DNA of 64,000 bases, from the IMG/VR virus record IMGVR_UViG_3300036770_007539, positions 186,001-250,000 of that record; one strand, given 5' to 3'. Position 1 is the stretch's first letter. Each line of letters begins with the position of its first letter. The translations under genes were made by a program, and so were the position numbers. Below are positions 9,244-18,690 of the stretch, piece by piece. The notes beneath the pieces were generated by a model. That model had not been told where the DNA came from. It saw only the letters and a program-made list of their open reading frames with translations, and did no database searches.

Positions 9244-10202
9244 TAAACTTGCACGTTTTAAAGTATGAGTCGCAAAATTTAGGCGATGATATTCAGAGTG
9301 TAGCTGTTATGGATATTTTAAATGACCTTAATATAAAATATTCATTGGTATCTCGCGACTCACTAGATAAATATCCATTTAGTGAAAATGAAAAAAATTA
9401 TGTCATTTTAAATGGGTGGTTTACTAATGGTTATGGCGTGGATGAATATTACTCTGTTCCAAGGGAATTTAGAGCAAATAAACATGTAAATTTACCGCCT
9501 AAAGGTAATTTTTTGCCAATCATTTATTCTTTTCATATTTCTGAGTGGGGTCCCTTTTATGACCGTGAAGTTCATCCAAGCTTTTTAAGCGAAGAGAGTG
9601 CAAATTTCTATAGAAAATCATTATCTGTAGGTTGCAGGGACGTGCATACATTAGAATTAATGAAAAAAATTAATGTAGATACTTCTTATTTTTCCGGATG
9701 CATCACTCTTTCTTTAAATAAAGAAAAATATTATTTAAAAAATAATCAAGATGATTATATATTATTTGTAGACGTTCCAAAGGAACATGAAAATGTTTTA
9801 GAGCAAAAGACTAAAGAGGTTTTTAAAGATTTAGAAATTATAAAGATGACTCATAATTTAGACTCGTCTTTTACTGATGAAAATTCAAGATTTGATAAAG
9901 CAAAATTACATTTAAAAAAATTCTGTAATGCAAAACTCGTAATTACAACAAGGCTTCATGTCTTTTTGCCCTGCTTAGCTTTTGGAGCGCCTGTAATATT
10001 TGTATTTGACGATGAAGAATTAAATAATTCCAGAGTTAGAGATTATATTAAAATGGTTAATACCATACCTTTTAGTCAGATAAAATCTATTAATTTAAAC
10101 GATTATTTAAAAAATAAATATGATGGAGAGATGTCAGTAAAAATTACAAACAAATTCAAAGAAATAATCAATGAGGTTATTAATGATACATCAGACGCAT
10201 AA
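9240..10202 (+). CDS. Polysaccharide pyruvyl transferase family protein
   Basis: NLGDDIQS, VGCRD, TTRLH; ATG at 9240 overlaps the upstream stop (ATGA). Confidence 0.82.
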   Translation: MINLHVLKYESQNLGDDIQSVAVMDILNDLNIKYSLVSRDSLDKYPFSENEKNYVILNGWFTNGYGVDEYYSVPREFRANKHVNLPPKGNFLPIIYSFHISEWGPFYDREVHPSFLSEESANFYRKSLSVGCRDVHTLELMKKINVDTSYFSGCITLSLNKEKYYLKNNQDDYILFVDVPKEHENVLEQKTKEVFKDLEIIKMTHNLDSSFTDENSRFDKAKLHLKKFCNAKLVITTRLHVFLPCLAFGAPVIFVFDDEELNNSRVRDYIKMVNTIPFSQIKSINLNDYLKNKYDGEMSVKITNKFKEIINEVINDTSDA

Positions 10203-10746
10203 TACTACTAAGATGGATAGGTATCCTAAAATTTTTAATTTTTTATCTGAAAATTATCAAGACTCATTAAAAATTCTATCTTTTGGCTGCTCTTCGGGAG
10301 AAGAATGCTTCTCTTTGAGAAAATACTTTTTAAAATCTAAAATATTTGGGGTAGATGCTAATGATGAAATATTAAAAGAAGCCATTAAAAATAATAATGA
10401 CAATAATATTTATTTTGACAACAGCATAATGAACATTGAATCTGTTGATATGATTTTTGCAATGTCGGTATTTTGTAAGCATCCAGAATCATTTGATTTA
10501 TTAAAAAATACTGTTTATAATTTTAAAGATTATAATGAAGAAGTTAAAAAGCTAGATAGTAAATTAAATAAAAATGGTATTTTTATAAACTATAATTCAA
10601 ATTATTTTTTTTCAGATACCGACGTTTATTATAAATATTCTCCGATTTTGGGAGATTTTGAAAAGGAATTTGTTAAAAAATTTGATAAAAATAAAAATTA
10701 TTCAAATTTAGAATCACCCGTCATTTTTATAAAAAATAAAGTTTGA
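10171..10746 (+). CDS. Class I SAM-dependent methyltransferase (CheR-like motif I)
   Basis: ILSFGCSSGEE, FGVD. Confidence 0.75.
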   Translation: MRLLMIHQTHNTTKMDRYPKIFNFLSENYQDSLKILSFGCSSGEECFSLRKYFLKSKIFGVDANDEILKEAIKNNNDNNIYFDNSIMNIESVDMIFAMSVFCKHPESFDLLKNTVYNFKDYNEEVKKLDSKLNKNGIFINYNSNYFFSDTDVYYKYSPILGDFEKEFVKKFDKNKNYSNLESPVIFIKNKV

Positions 10747-10771
10747 TATAGGTAAATTTTATTGGAGACAT

Positions 10772-11698
10772 ATGAAGCCTGAAAAAATTATTTTATGGGG
10801 ATACCCTCTTCACTCTCATACACATTCTTACATTCATTATGCTTTTAAGCGAGCCTTTGATTATTTGGGATGTGAAACTTATTGGTTTACTGACAAAGAT
10901 GATGTTTCTGGATTTAATTTTAATAACTGTTTATTTATTACTGGCGGAGATCAAGAACAAAATATTCCTTTAAATAAAAGCAGTCGCTATGTGATTCATA
11001 ATGTAAATGCAAAAAAATATTTAGACCAAAATTGTAAGATATTTTTAATACAGACTCATACTAAAGATGCTCCACTAGATACAAATCCTAATTCTCATAG
11101 AATTAATCCTTGGAGTCTATTACATACGGATAATGATATAAAATGTTTATATATGGCATGGGCAACGGACTTACTGCCAAATGAAATTAATTTAAACAAT
11201 GCAACGAATCAAAATCATAATAGAGAATGTGTTTGGGTCGGGACTTCTGGGGGCGGCAATTCTAAATTTGAAAATGGAAGTGCTCTCTATCCTTATTTTG
11301 AAGAATGTAAAAAAAACAATATTATTGTAAATAATATTGATCCCTGGGCTACTCCTGTCTCGCCAGAAAAAAATTTATTATTAGTTAAAAATTCATTTGT
11401 ATCCCCATCGATACAAGGACCTTGGCAAGTAGAGAGCCAATACATTCCCTGCAGAATATTTAAAAATATTTCTTATGGTCATTTTGGAATTACTAATAAT
11501 TCTTATGTGAATCGTATTTTTAATAATCAATTAATATATGATTCTAATTCTACTACGCTGTTCTATAAATCATTGGAGGCTAAGCAAAGCTCCGGGGCAG
11601 TTGATTATATAAAATCTTTAATGCAAGAAGTTAAAAATAATCATACATACATAAATAGAATACAAGTTTTATTTGATTGCATGGGGCTTGAATTATGA
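10772..11698 (+). CDS. Putative glycosyltransferase-like protein (GT-B C-terminal-like motifs)
   Basis: YIPCRIFKNISYG and HTYINRI resemble CgeB/GT1_2-type motifs; GGAG RBS. Confidence 0.5.
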   Translation: MKPEKIILWGYPLHSHTHSYIHYAFKRAFDYLGCETYWFTDKDDVSGFNFNNCLFITGGDQEQNIPLNKSSRYVIHNVNAKKYLDQNCKIFLIQTHTKDAPLDTNPNSHRINPWSLLHTDNDIKCLYMAWATDLLPNEINLNNATNQNHNRECVWVGTSGGGNSKFENGSALYPYFEECKKNNIIVNNIDPWATPVSPEKNLLLVKNSFVSPSIQGPWQVESQYIPCRIFKNISYGHFGITNNSYVNRIFNNQLIYDSNSTTLFYKSLEAKQSSGAVDYIKSLMQEVKNNHTYINRIQVLFDCMGLEL

Positions 11699-12666
11699 AC
11701 GTTTTACATGTTACGTTCCATCAGGGCTGTAAAATAAATCTAGATTATGTTGCTCAAAGTTTAGGTTTTAATCTTACAACTCAAAGAGCTGATTGGAATT
11801 ATAACATAGGCTCAAATAGAGCAAATGAAATTTGGAATAAGTATAAAGACTATTATAATTCATTTGATGCAATAGTTACATCTGACACAGCTCCGCTATC
11901 AAGAATATTTTTACAAAATAATTATAGTAAAAAATTAATTGTATGGGTTTGTAATAGATTCGATTATTGTGATATGTCAACAAATGACTGTGCTTTTCCA
12001 GACCAATCATATTATCAATTAATAAGAGATTCAATAAATAAAAATAATGTAAAATTTTTTTCTTATACTAAATTTGAGCATGAATACGCTCAAAAATATA
12101 GAGGTATAAACTGGGGCAATGAAACAATTAAACCATGCGCATTTTATGATGACACTCCTCCAGTTAATTTTGCTTTAAGTGGAATTGATAAAGAATCTAC
12201 ATTTTTTATTCCCCCATATCATAATGATACTATTTTTATGAATTTAAAATCTAAATGCGATCAGTTAGGGATAAGAGCTTATGCTGGGAGATACAATGGT
12301 CCATTAGATTTAATGAATATTAAAGGAATTATTCACATACCATATGCTTGGTCTAATTTGGCTCTATTTGAAAATTGGTCAATGGGAAATGTTTATTTTG
12401 TTCCTTCTAAAGATTTTCTAATTAATTTAGCACATCAAAATAATTTTTTCTGGAGCCCGCCTTTTCCATTGGACCATATCGAATCGTCCGAATGGTACCT
12501 CCCAGAGCATAAAGATCTTTTTATTTATTTTAATGATTGGAATCATTTAAAAACTTTAAGTAATGATAACGATTTAATAAATTCAAAAAAAACGAAAGTT
12601 TTAAATTATAGCAAAATTCACACGAATGAAATGTTAAATAAATGGAAAAAAGCACTTGACCTATAA
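11695..12666 (+). CDS. Hypothetical protein in glycan locus (possible glycosyltransferase)
   Basis: ORF with ATGA overlap; HIPYAWSNLALFE resembles a GT-B C-terminal motif. Confidence 0.45.
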   Translation: MNVLHVTFHQGCKINLDYVAQSLGFNLTTQRADWNYNIGSNRANEIWNKYKDYYNSFDAIVTSDTAPLSRIFLQNNYSKKLIVWVCNRFDYCDMSTNDCAFPDQSYYQLIRDSINKNNVKFFSYTKFEHEYAQKYRGINWGNETIKPCAFYDDTPPVNFALSGIDKESTFFIPPYHNDTIFMNLKSKCDQLGIRAYAGRYNGPLDLMNIKGIIHIPYAWSNLALFENWSMGNVYFVPSKDFLINLAHQNNFFWSPPFPLDHIESSEWYLPEHKDLFIYFNDWNHLKTLSNDNDLINSKKTKVLNYSKIHTNEMLNKWKKALDL

Positions 12667-12674
12667 GGAATAAA

Positions 12675-13889
12675 ATGATTCAAGGATTTTATACTGGATG
12701 TATAAATTCAGGAAATATTGGAGACGATGTTTTATTTAATATTTTTTTAAATTTATTAAGCGAATGCATTGTTGATAAATATAAAGTTAATTGCTCAATA
12801 GATCAAAATCAATTATTTCTAAAAGATTCTTCTAAAGAATGGATGGAAAACTCTTCTATTGGTGTAGTTGGAGGAGGGTCAATTCTTCATCCAGAAGAAA
12901 TTTCTTATTCAGGTCCTATTAAAAACTATGAATCAAATATTAAAGCATCTTTATTATTTGGAACTGGAATATCAGATACGCCAAATTTTAAAATATCAGA
13001 AAGTGATAAGTTAAATATATTGTCCGGAAAGTATTTAAATTTAAATTTTCCAATAAATAAAATGATGAGTGAAAACATTTTAATTGCTAAAAATATAAAA
13101 TTTGGCGGGCTACGAGGACCATTAGACGTGGCTGTATGTAGAAGTTTTGATGAAACTTTTCGTAAGCCATGGATTTATGATCCGGGACTGTTATTTAATA
13201 GATATTATAATTTAAATTCTTTAAAAAATAAAAATTCTAATATTATTGGAATAAATATTGCCAACATATCTGGAGATAATAGAATTTCATTAAAAAATGA
13301 AAAATACATTGATTATATGAACAGGTTGGAGTCTGTTATTGTAGATGTATGTAATTTTTTAATTAATAAAAATTATAAAATATATTTTTACTCAATGTCC
13401 GATGGTGAAATGCATTTGCATAATACTATTATTAATAAACTGGATAAGAATTTAATAGGATCAAATATATTAACTCACAATAAACCTTTAAATTATGTTG
13501 AATTGGCTTTGTTATCTTCTACTTTTAAATTCGCCATAGCAACTAGACTGCACGCCAATATTTTATTAAATTCTAATTTAATTCCTACCATAAATTTAAT
13601 GTATAATATTAAAGCAAGTAATTATATGAAAAGTATAGAAATGCTTGAACTGGGGGTTCCAACAGATTCTAATATGAATTTAAATAATATAATTAATAAA
13701 TATAATTTTTTAATGCAAAATTACGATAATATTATTAAAACATTAAAGTTTAATGTTGAAAAAGCGTATACGTTGCACTATGATGAAATAATGAAATTAT
13801 TAGATGGTATTAATTTAAAAATAGAAAATGATGTAAATATACAATATCAGATATATAATAGTATATTAGGTTTTTTTAAAATTAATTAA
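12675..13889 (+). CDS. Polysaccharide pyruvyl transferase family protein
   Basis: GNIGDD, VGGGS, LRGP, DPG, TRLHANI. Confidence 0.82.
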   Translation: MIQGFYTGCINSGNIGDDVLFNIFLNLLSECIVDKYKVNCSIDQNQLFLKDSSKEWMENSSIGVVGGGSILHPEEISYSGPIKNYESNIKASLLFGTGISDTPNFKISESDKLNILSGKYLNLNFPINKMMSENILIAKNIKFGGLRGPLDVAVCRSFDETFRKPWIYDPGLLFNRYYNLNSLKNKNSNIIGINIANISGDNRISLKNEKYIDYMNRLESVIVDVCNFLINKNYKIYFYSMSDGEMHLHNTIINKLDKNLIGSNILTHNKPLNYVELALLSSTFKFAIATRLHANILLNSNLIPTINLMYNIKASNYMKSIEMLELGVPTDSNMNLNNIINKYNFLMQNYDNIIKTLKFNVEKAYTLHYDEIMKLLDGINLKIENDVNIQYQIYNSILGFFKIN

Positions 13890-13898
13890 AGGCAAAAA

Positions 13899-14531
13899 AT
13901 GAAAGAGTATAGTTTTGAAGGCGCACAAGATTGGCATCATTATTTTAAAATTATTTTTGATAATTTCAAAGTAAGAAATATGTTAGAGTTTGGTCTTGGC
14001 AATGGTACTGAATTTTTATTAGATCATTGTAACACCGTTACTTCTGTTGAAATTTCATTGGGCGATTATAACAAATCCTGGTATTCTATGTGTTTAAAAA
14101 AATATTCTCATTATAATAATTGGAATCCAATATATATTGAAGCTTGTGATGAAATTAGAGAAGCTAATGAAATCGCTCAAAAGAATAGATATCCGATATC
14201 ATATAATAAACATTTATCTAAATTAGAAGAAATTACAGATCTTGTTTTATCAGATCATGAATATGATGCTATTTTTGTTGATGCTGGAATTCATAATAGA
14301 GGCGATATTTTAAATTTAGTAATGGGCAAAGCTCCTATAATTGCAGCACATGATTCCTCTAGGGATGAAAATAGAATACTTAAAAATATATACGGATACA
14401 ATATTGTTCGAGTTCCGAGTGATTATTTAGAATTTCATTTTGAAGATACGTATATGGGTACTACGATTTGGGTTAAAAAAGATTTTAACAGCAATGTTAT
14501 TAGTTCTTTGTCAGGAAGATTAAACAAATGA
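13899..14531 (+). CDS. SAM-dependent methyltransferase
   Basis: MLEFGLGNGT, VTSVE, YDAIFVDA, AHD. Confidence 0.75.
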   Translation: MKEYSFEGAQDWHHYFKIIFDNFKVRNMLEFGLGNGTEFLLDHCNTVTSVEISLGDYNKSWYSMCLKKYSHYNNWNPIYIEACDEIREANEIAQKNRYPISYNKHLSKLEEITDLVLSDHEYDAIFVDAGIHNRGDILNLVMGKAPIIAAHDSSRDENRILKNIYGYNIVRVPSDYLEFHFEDTYMGTTIWVKKDFNSNVISSLSGRLNK

Positions 14532-15223
14532 AAATTTTAGATACTTATAAAAAGTATTTAGATCTTGGCACAAATGAAGGATTAAGATATAATGATGAGA
14601 GTAAATCTCGTTTTGTTTCTTTTAATATGTGCTTAGAGCGTCTTGCAAAATTAAGTGCCCCTAAAATATTGGAACTAGGGACTAGTCGTAGTTATGTTGA
14701 TGGAAAATTTCCAGGATGTAACTCTGATGATAAAAAATTTTGGAATAAAGATGACTTTTCAAAATGGGACTGGGGCGCAGGGTGTTTTACATTAATGTTT
14801 GGAATGCATCTTCCAAATGCAAAAATTACTACATTAGATTTAATTCCCAATCACATTAATAGATGCCAATATATGACCTCTTCTTTGGATCTTGATAACG
14901 TATCCCATGTTGTATCTGATTCAATAAGTTATTTAAACAGCACGAGTGAATCATATGATCTAATTTATTTAGATACAGGCGATATGCACCCAATAGAGCC
15001 AACTTGCCTTCTCCAGTTGGAAGAGGCTAAATCTATTGTTGGCAAAAAAATATTAAATGCTCAAGGTCTGCTTTTAATTGATGATGTATTAAATGGAACT
15101 CCAAGAGAGATGGGAGATCTATCAAATAGATATGGTAAGTCAGAATTAGCTTTGCCTTATTTATTAAATAATAATTATAAATTATTATTTGAAGGTTATC
15201 AATATATTTTAACGCAAGGATAA
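14528..15223 (+). CDS. SAM-dependent methyltransferase (Methyltransf_24-like)
   Basis: ILELGT, SDS, YDLIYLDT, LLLIDD. Confidence 0.78.
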   Translation: MKILDTYKKYLDLGTNEGLRYNDESKSRFVSFNMCLERLAKLSAPKILELGTSRSYVDGKFPGCNSDDKKFWNKDDFSKWDWGAGCFTLMFGMHLPNAKITTLDLIPNHINRCQYMTSSLDLDNVSHVVSDSISYLNSTSESYDLIYLDTGDMHPIEPTCLLQLEEAKSIVGKKILNAQGLLLIDDVLNGTPREMGDLSNRYGKSELALPYLLNNNYKLLFEGYQYILTQG

Positions 15224-15224
15224 A

Positions 15225-16133
15225 ATGAAAGTTTTAATTACAGGGGGAGCTGGTTTTATTGGAAGCCATCTTGCGGATAAATTATTAGAATTAAATCATG
15301 AAGTTTTTGTTCTTGATGATTTATCTTCTGGAGATTTAAATAATTTATCTGCAAGGTGTAAATTTTTTGAAGTTGAAATATGCGATAAAAATTCAATTTC
15401 AAAAGCTTTTGAAATAGTTAAACCAGATGCTGTTTATCATTTGGCAGCTCAAATTAACGTAAGAAAATCCATTACAGATCCTGTATCAGATGCAGAAATC
15501 AATACTATTGGAACATTGAATGTTTTAAGCGAATGCGTTAAGCATAAAGTTAATAAGATTATTTTTTCTTCTTCTGGTGGTGCTATTTATCAAGATGATA
15601 ATGATTTTCTTAAAACAGAAAATTCTGTAATTCAACCAGCTTCTCCTTATGGAATTTCTAAATGGACAGGTGAGCAGTATATTAAATTTTATAAAGAAAT
15701 TTACGGTCTAGACTATACAATATTAAGATTAAGTAATGTGTATGGTCCCAGACAAAATAGCAAGGGAGAGGCTGGAGTTATTTCTATTTTTATTAATAAT
15801 GTTAAAGGCAATAAGCCCTTAACTGTTTTTGGCACAGGTGAACAAATTAGAGATTATATTTACGTAGAAGATGTCGTTAATGCAATGGAGTTATCTTTAA
15901 GAGTTTCGGGCACATTTAACGTTTCTACTGGAAAAGAAACAAAAGTTAATCAGCTCGTTGATAAAATATGTTCAGAATTTAATTATGATACTGTACTGTA
16001 TGCTCCTAAAATTGAGGGCGAATTGTTTAGAAATTGTTTGTCTTCTAAACTGCTACAGTCTTATGGATGGCAAGTTCTACATGATATAGAATCTGGTCTT
16101 AATAAAACAATAAAATATTTTAAAAATAATTAA
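15225..16133 (+). CDS. NAD-dependent nucleotide-sugar epimerase (UDP-Glc/GlcNAc 4-epimerase-like)
   Basis: TGGAGFIG, HLAAQ, YGISK (YxxxK), NVYGPRQ, RDYIYVED. Confidence 0.9.
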   Translation: MKVLITGGAGFIGSHLADKLLELNHEVFVLDDLSSGDLNNLSARCKFFEVEICDKNSISKAFEIVKPDAVYHLAAQINVRKSITDPVSDAEINTIGTLNVLSECVKHKVNKIIFSSSGGAIYQDDNDFLKTENSVIQPASPYGISKWTGEQYIKFYKEIYGLDYTILRLSNVYGPRQNSKGEAGVISIFINNVKGNKPLTVFGTGEQIRDYIYVEDVVNAMELSLRVSGTFNVSTGKETKVNQLVDKICSEFNYDTVLYAPKIEGELFRNCLSSKLLQSYGWQVLHDIESGLNKTIKYFKNN

Positions 16134-16138
16134 AAATT

Positions 16139-17140
16139 ATGAAGAAAGTTTTAATTACTGGCGTAACAGGTCAAACAGGCTCTATTCTTGTTGAAAATTA
16201 TTTAAAACAAGGAGATTATGTTCACGGTATGATTAGAAGAAATTCTAATTTTAACACTAGAAGAATTGATCATGTATATAATCATCCCAATTTAAAATTA
16301 TTTTATGGTGATTTGGCAGATTATGGTTCTATTTGTTCAGCTGTATCCGATTTAAAGCCTGATTATTTTATTAATTGTGGGGCTCAGTCTTATGTCAAAG
16401 CTTCTTTTGATATTCCTGAATACACTTTTGATATTGATGCAACTGGAACTATTAGATGCCTTGAAGCAATTAGAAAGTTTAGTAAAAATACTAAGTTTTT
16501 ACAGTGCTCTACTTCTGAGTTATATGGTTCAACTCCACCTCCTCAAAGTGAAACTACATCGTTTCATCCACGCTCCCCTTATGGGGCAGCTAAAATTGCT
16601 GCTTACTGGGCAACTGTAAATTATAGAGAAGCATATAATATGTTTGCTGTAAACTCGATCTCGTTCAACCATGAAAACTCTAAAAGATCAGAGCACTTCG
16701 TTACTCGTAAAATTACCCGAGCAGCTACTAGAATTAAACTTGGTCTTCAAGATAAATTAACTCTTGGCAATCTCGAAGCTAAAAGAGATTGGTGTGATGC
16801 TCGTGATATTGCCCGTGGTCAAATGATGATGCTAGATTCTGATGTTCCAGATGATTATGTCTTGTGCTCTGGCAAGTCTCGTTCAGTAAAAGAATTTGCT
16901 GACATTGTTTTTTCTAAATTGGGTCTGAATTATCAAGATTATGTTGAAGTTTCAGATAAGCATTTTAGACCCTCAGAAGTAGATCATCTTTGCGGAGACT
17001 ATACAAAAATTAATAAAGCTTTAGGCTGGGAGCCTCTAATTTCTTTTGATCAAATGGTCGAGGAGATGATCGATCACGATCTCAAGCTTGCCCAACAAGA
17101 GCAGGTCTTAGCTCAAAACGGATTTAAATATACTCTATGA
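16139..17140 (+). CDS. gmd: GDP-mannose 4,6-dehydratase
   Basis: ITGVTGQTGS, AQSYVKASF, STSELYG, PRSPYGAAK, FNHE, FVTRKIT, RPSEVDHL. Confidence 0.95.
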   Translation: MKKVLITGVTGQTGSILVENYLKQGDYVHGMIRRNSNFNTRRIDHVYNHPNLKLFYGDLADYGSICSAVSDLKPDYFINCGAQSYVKASFDIPEYTFDIDATGTIRCLEAIRKFSKNTKFLQCSTSELYGSTPPPQSETTSFHPRSPYGAAKIAAYWATVNYREAYNMFAVNSISFNHENSKRSEHFVTRKITRAATRIKLGLQDKLTLGNLEAKRDWCDARDIARGQMMMLDSDVPDDYVLCSGKSRSVKEFADIVFSKLGLNYQDYVEVSDKHFRPSEVDHLCGDYTKINKALGWEPLISFDQMVEEMIDHDLKLAQQEQVLAQNGFKYTL

Positions 17141-18096
17141 AAGTTTTAGTTACAGGCGCAGCCGGATTTATTGGTGCTAATTTTATTAGGCGCTCTACTT
17201 ACCTAAAAGGTAAAGAACATCAATTTGTATCTATAGACAGTCTTTTATATCCTCATAGCAAAAGTAATTTCTATATCAGTAATGGAAAGTCTGATAGTTT
17301 TTATATGGCTGATATTGCTGATAAAAAGATTATTGATAATATTTTTGAAATTGAAAAACCTGATATTATCGTGCATTTCGCCGCAGAGTCTCATGTAGAT
17401 CATTCTATTGAAACGGCAGCGCCCTTTATACACTCTAATGTTTTGGGTACACAAACTTTAATTGATTGTGCCGTTAAACATAAGGTCAAAACTTTCTTTT
17501 ATATTTCTACGGATGAAGTGTATGGTCAGTTAAAATCTGAAAATGAAGAAGGTTGGGATGAATCCGCTTTCCCTAATCCTAGAAATCCATACTCTGCTTC
17601 TAAATTGTCCGGTGAGTTTTTAGTTAAAGCAGCTCACGAAACTCATAAACTTCAATATATTATTAGTCGATGCTCCAATAATTTTGGACCTAGACAATCC
17701 ACTAGGAACCTTATTCCAAAAGTTATAAAAAATATTGCAGAGGGCGTCGATGTTCCAATTTATGGTCAGGGTCAGCAAATGCGAGAGTGGATCTTTGTAG
17801 AAGACCACTGCGATGCCATCTGGCACATTATAGAGTCTAAACAATATAATCAAATCTATAATATTTCTACTGGCAATGAAATTACTAACCTAGAATTAGT
17901 TAATCATATTGCTAATATTATGGGCAGAGGTCATAATTTATTTAAATTTGTTCCTGATAGACCCGGACATGATTTTAGATACTCTTGCAAATCAGATAAA
18001 CTTCGAGCCTTGGGCTGGAAGCCAAGTGTAAAATTTACTAAGGCGCTAGAGTCTACCATATCATGGTATGACAATAATAGGTGGTTTTTTAAATGA
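17137..18096 (+). CDS. rmlB: dTDP-glucose 4,6-dehydratase
   Basis: HFAAESHVDHSI, STDEVYG, PYSASK, RCSNNFGP, DRPGHDFRY. Confidence 0.95.
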   Translation: MKVLVTGAAGFIGANFIRRSTYLKGKEHQFVSIDSLLYPHSKSNFYISNGKSDSFYMADIADKKIIDNIFEIEKPDIIVHFAAESHVDHSIETAAPFIHSNVLGTQTLIDCAVKHKVKTFFYISTDEVYGQLKSENEEGWDESAFPNPRNPYSASKLSGEFLVKAAHETHKLQYIISRCSNNFGPRQSTRNLIPKVIKNIAEGVDVPIYGQGQQMREWIFVEDHCDAIWHIIESKQYNQIYNISTGNEITNLELVNHIANIMGRGHNLFKFVPDRPGHDFRYSCKSDKLRALGWKPSVKFTKALESTISWYDNNRWFFK

Positions 18097-18668
18097 TAAA
18101 ATATGTCTTTACTAAAGAAGAAGTAGATGCCTGTAAACTTTTCTCTGAGGCAGTAGATACTTCACATTATTCTAAACGTGGACAAAACAATGATCAGAAA
18201 AGGCAAAAGGATGCCTTGATTGGCAAGCTTGGAGAGGTTGCCACGTATCATTCTTTAAAAGATAAAATACATGGTCTTACAATTCCAGATTTTAAAATTT
18301 ATTCAGCAAAAGAAAAATCTTGGGACTTTGATTTAAAAGGTCAAGAAGTAAATGTTCATGTTAAAACTCAAGATGTAGAACAGGGAGAAAAGTATGGAGT
18401 TAGCTGGATTTTCCAATATGGAAATGGAAAAAATCAGCATTATGACAAAGAAATATTTGACAAATTAACGCCCAATCAATATGTTGTCTTTGTGTCTTTG
18501 TCATTAAAAGACAACCTTGCAATAATAAGAGCTATCTTAAAACTAGAATTTCTTCATGAAAGAAAATTATTTGGGCTACCCAAATTAGAATTTTTGCAAA
18601 AAGAAAATAAAAAAGCAGTTTATTTAAAAGATATCGAGAGATATTCTGACCAATTATTTCAATTATAA
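18093..18668 (+). CDS. Hypothetical protein, possible PD-(D/E)xK nuclease fold
   Basis: GKLGE helix, then D..L and HVK spacing typical of restriction-endonuclease-like folds. Confidence 0.35.
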   Translation: MIKYVFTKEEVDACKLFSEAVDTSHYSKRGQNNDQKRQKDALIGKLGEVATYHSLKDKIHGLTIPDFKIYSAKEKSWDFDLKGQEVNVHVKTQDVEQGEKYGVSWIFQYGNGKNQHYDKEIFDKLTPNQYVVFVSLSLKDNLAIIRAILKLEFLHERKLFGLPKLEFLQKENKKAVYLKDIERYSDQLFQL

Positions 18669-18690
18669 GATATAATAACCTAAGGATTAT

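Noticed and set aside
1511-18096. DNA hypermodification (base glycosylation) as the role of the GT cluster
   Set aside because: No base hydroxymethylase, TET/JBP or thymidylate-synthase-like partner in the window, and fucosyl/pyruvyl/GT6 chemistry fits surface glycans better; disfavoured rather than disproved
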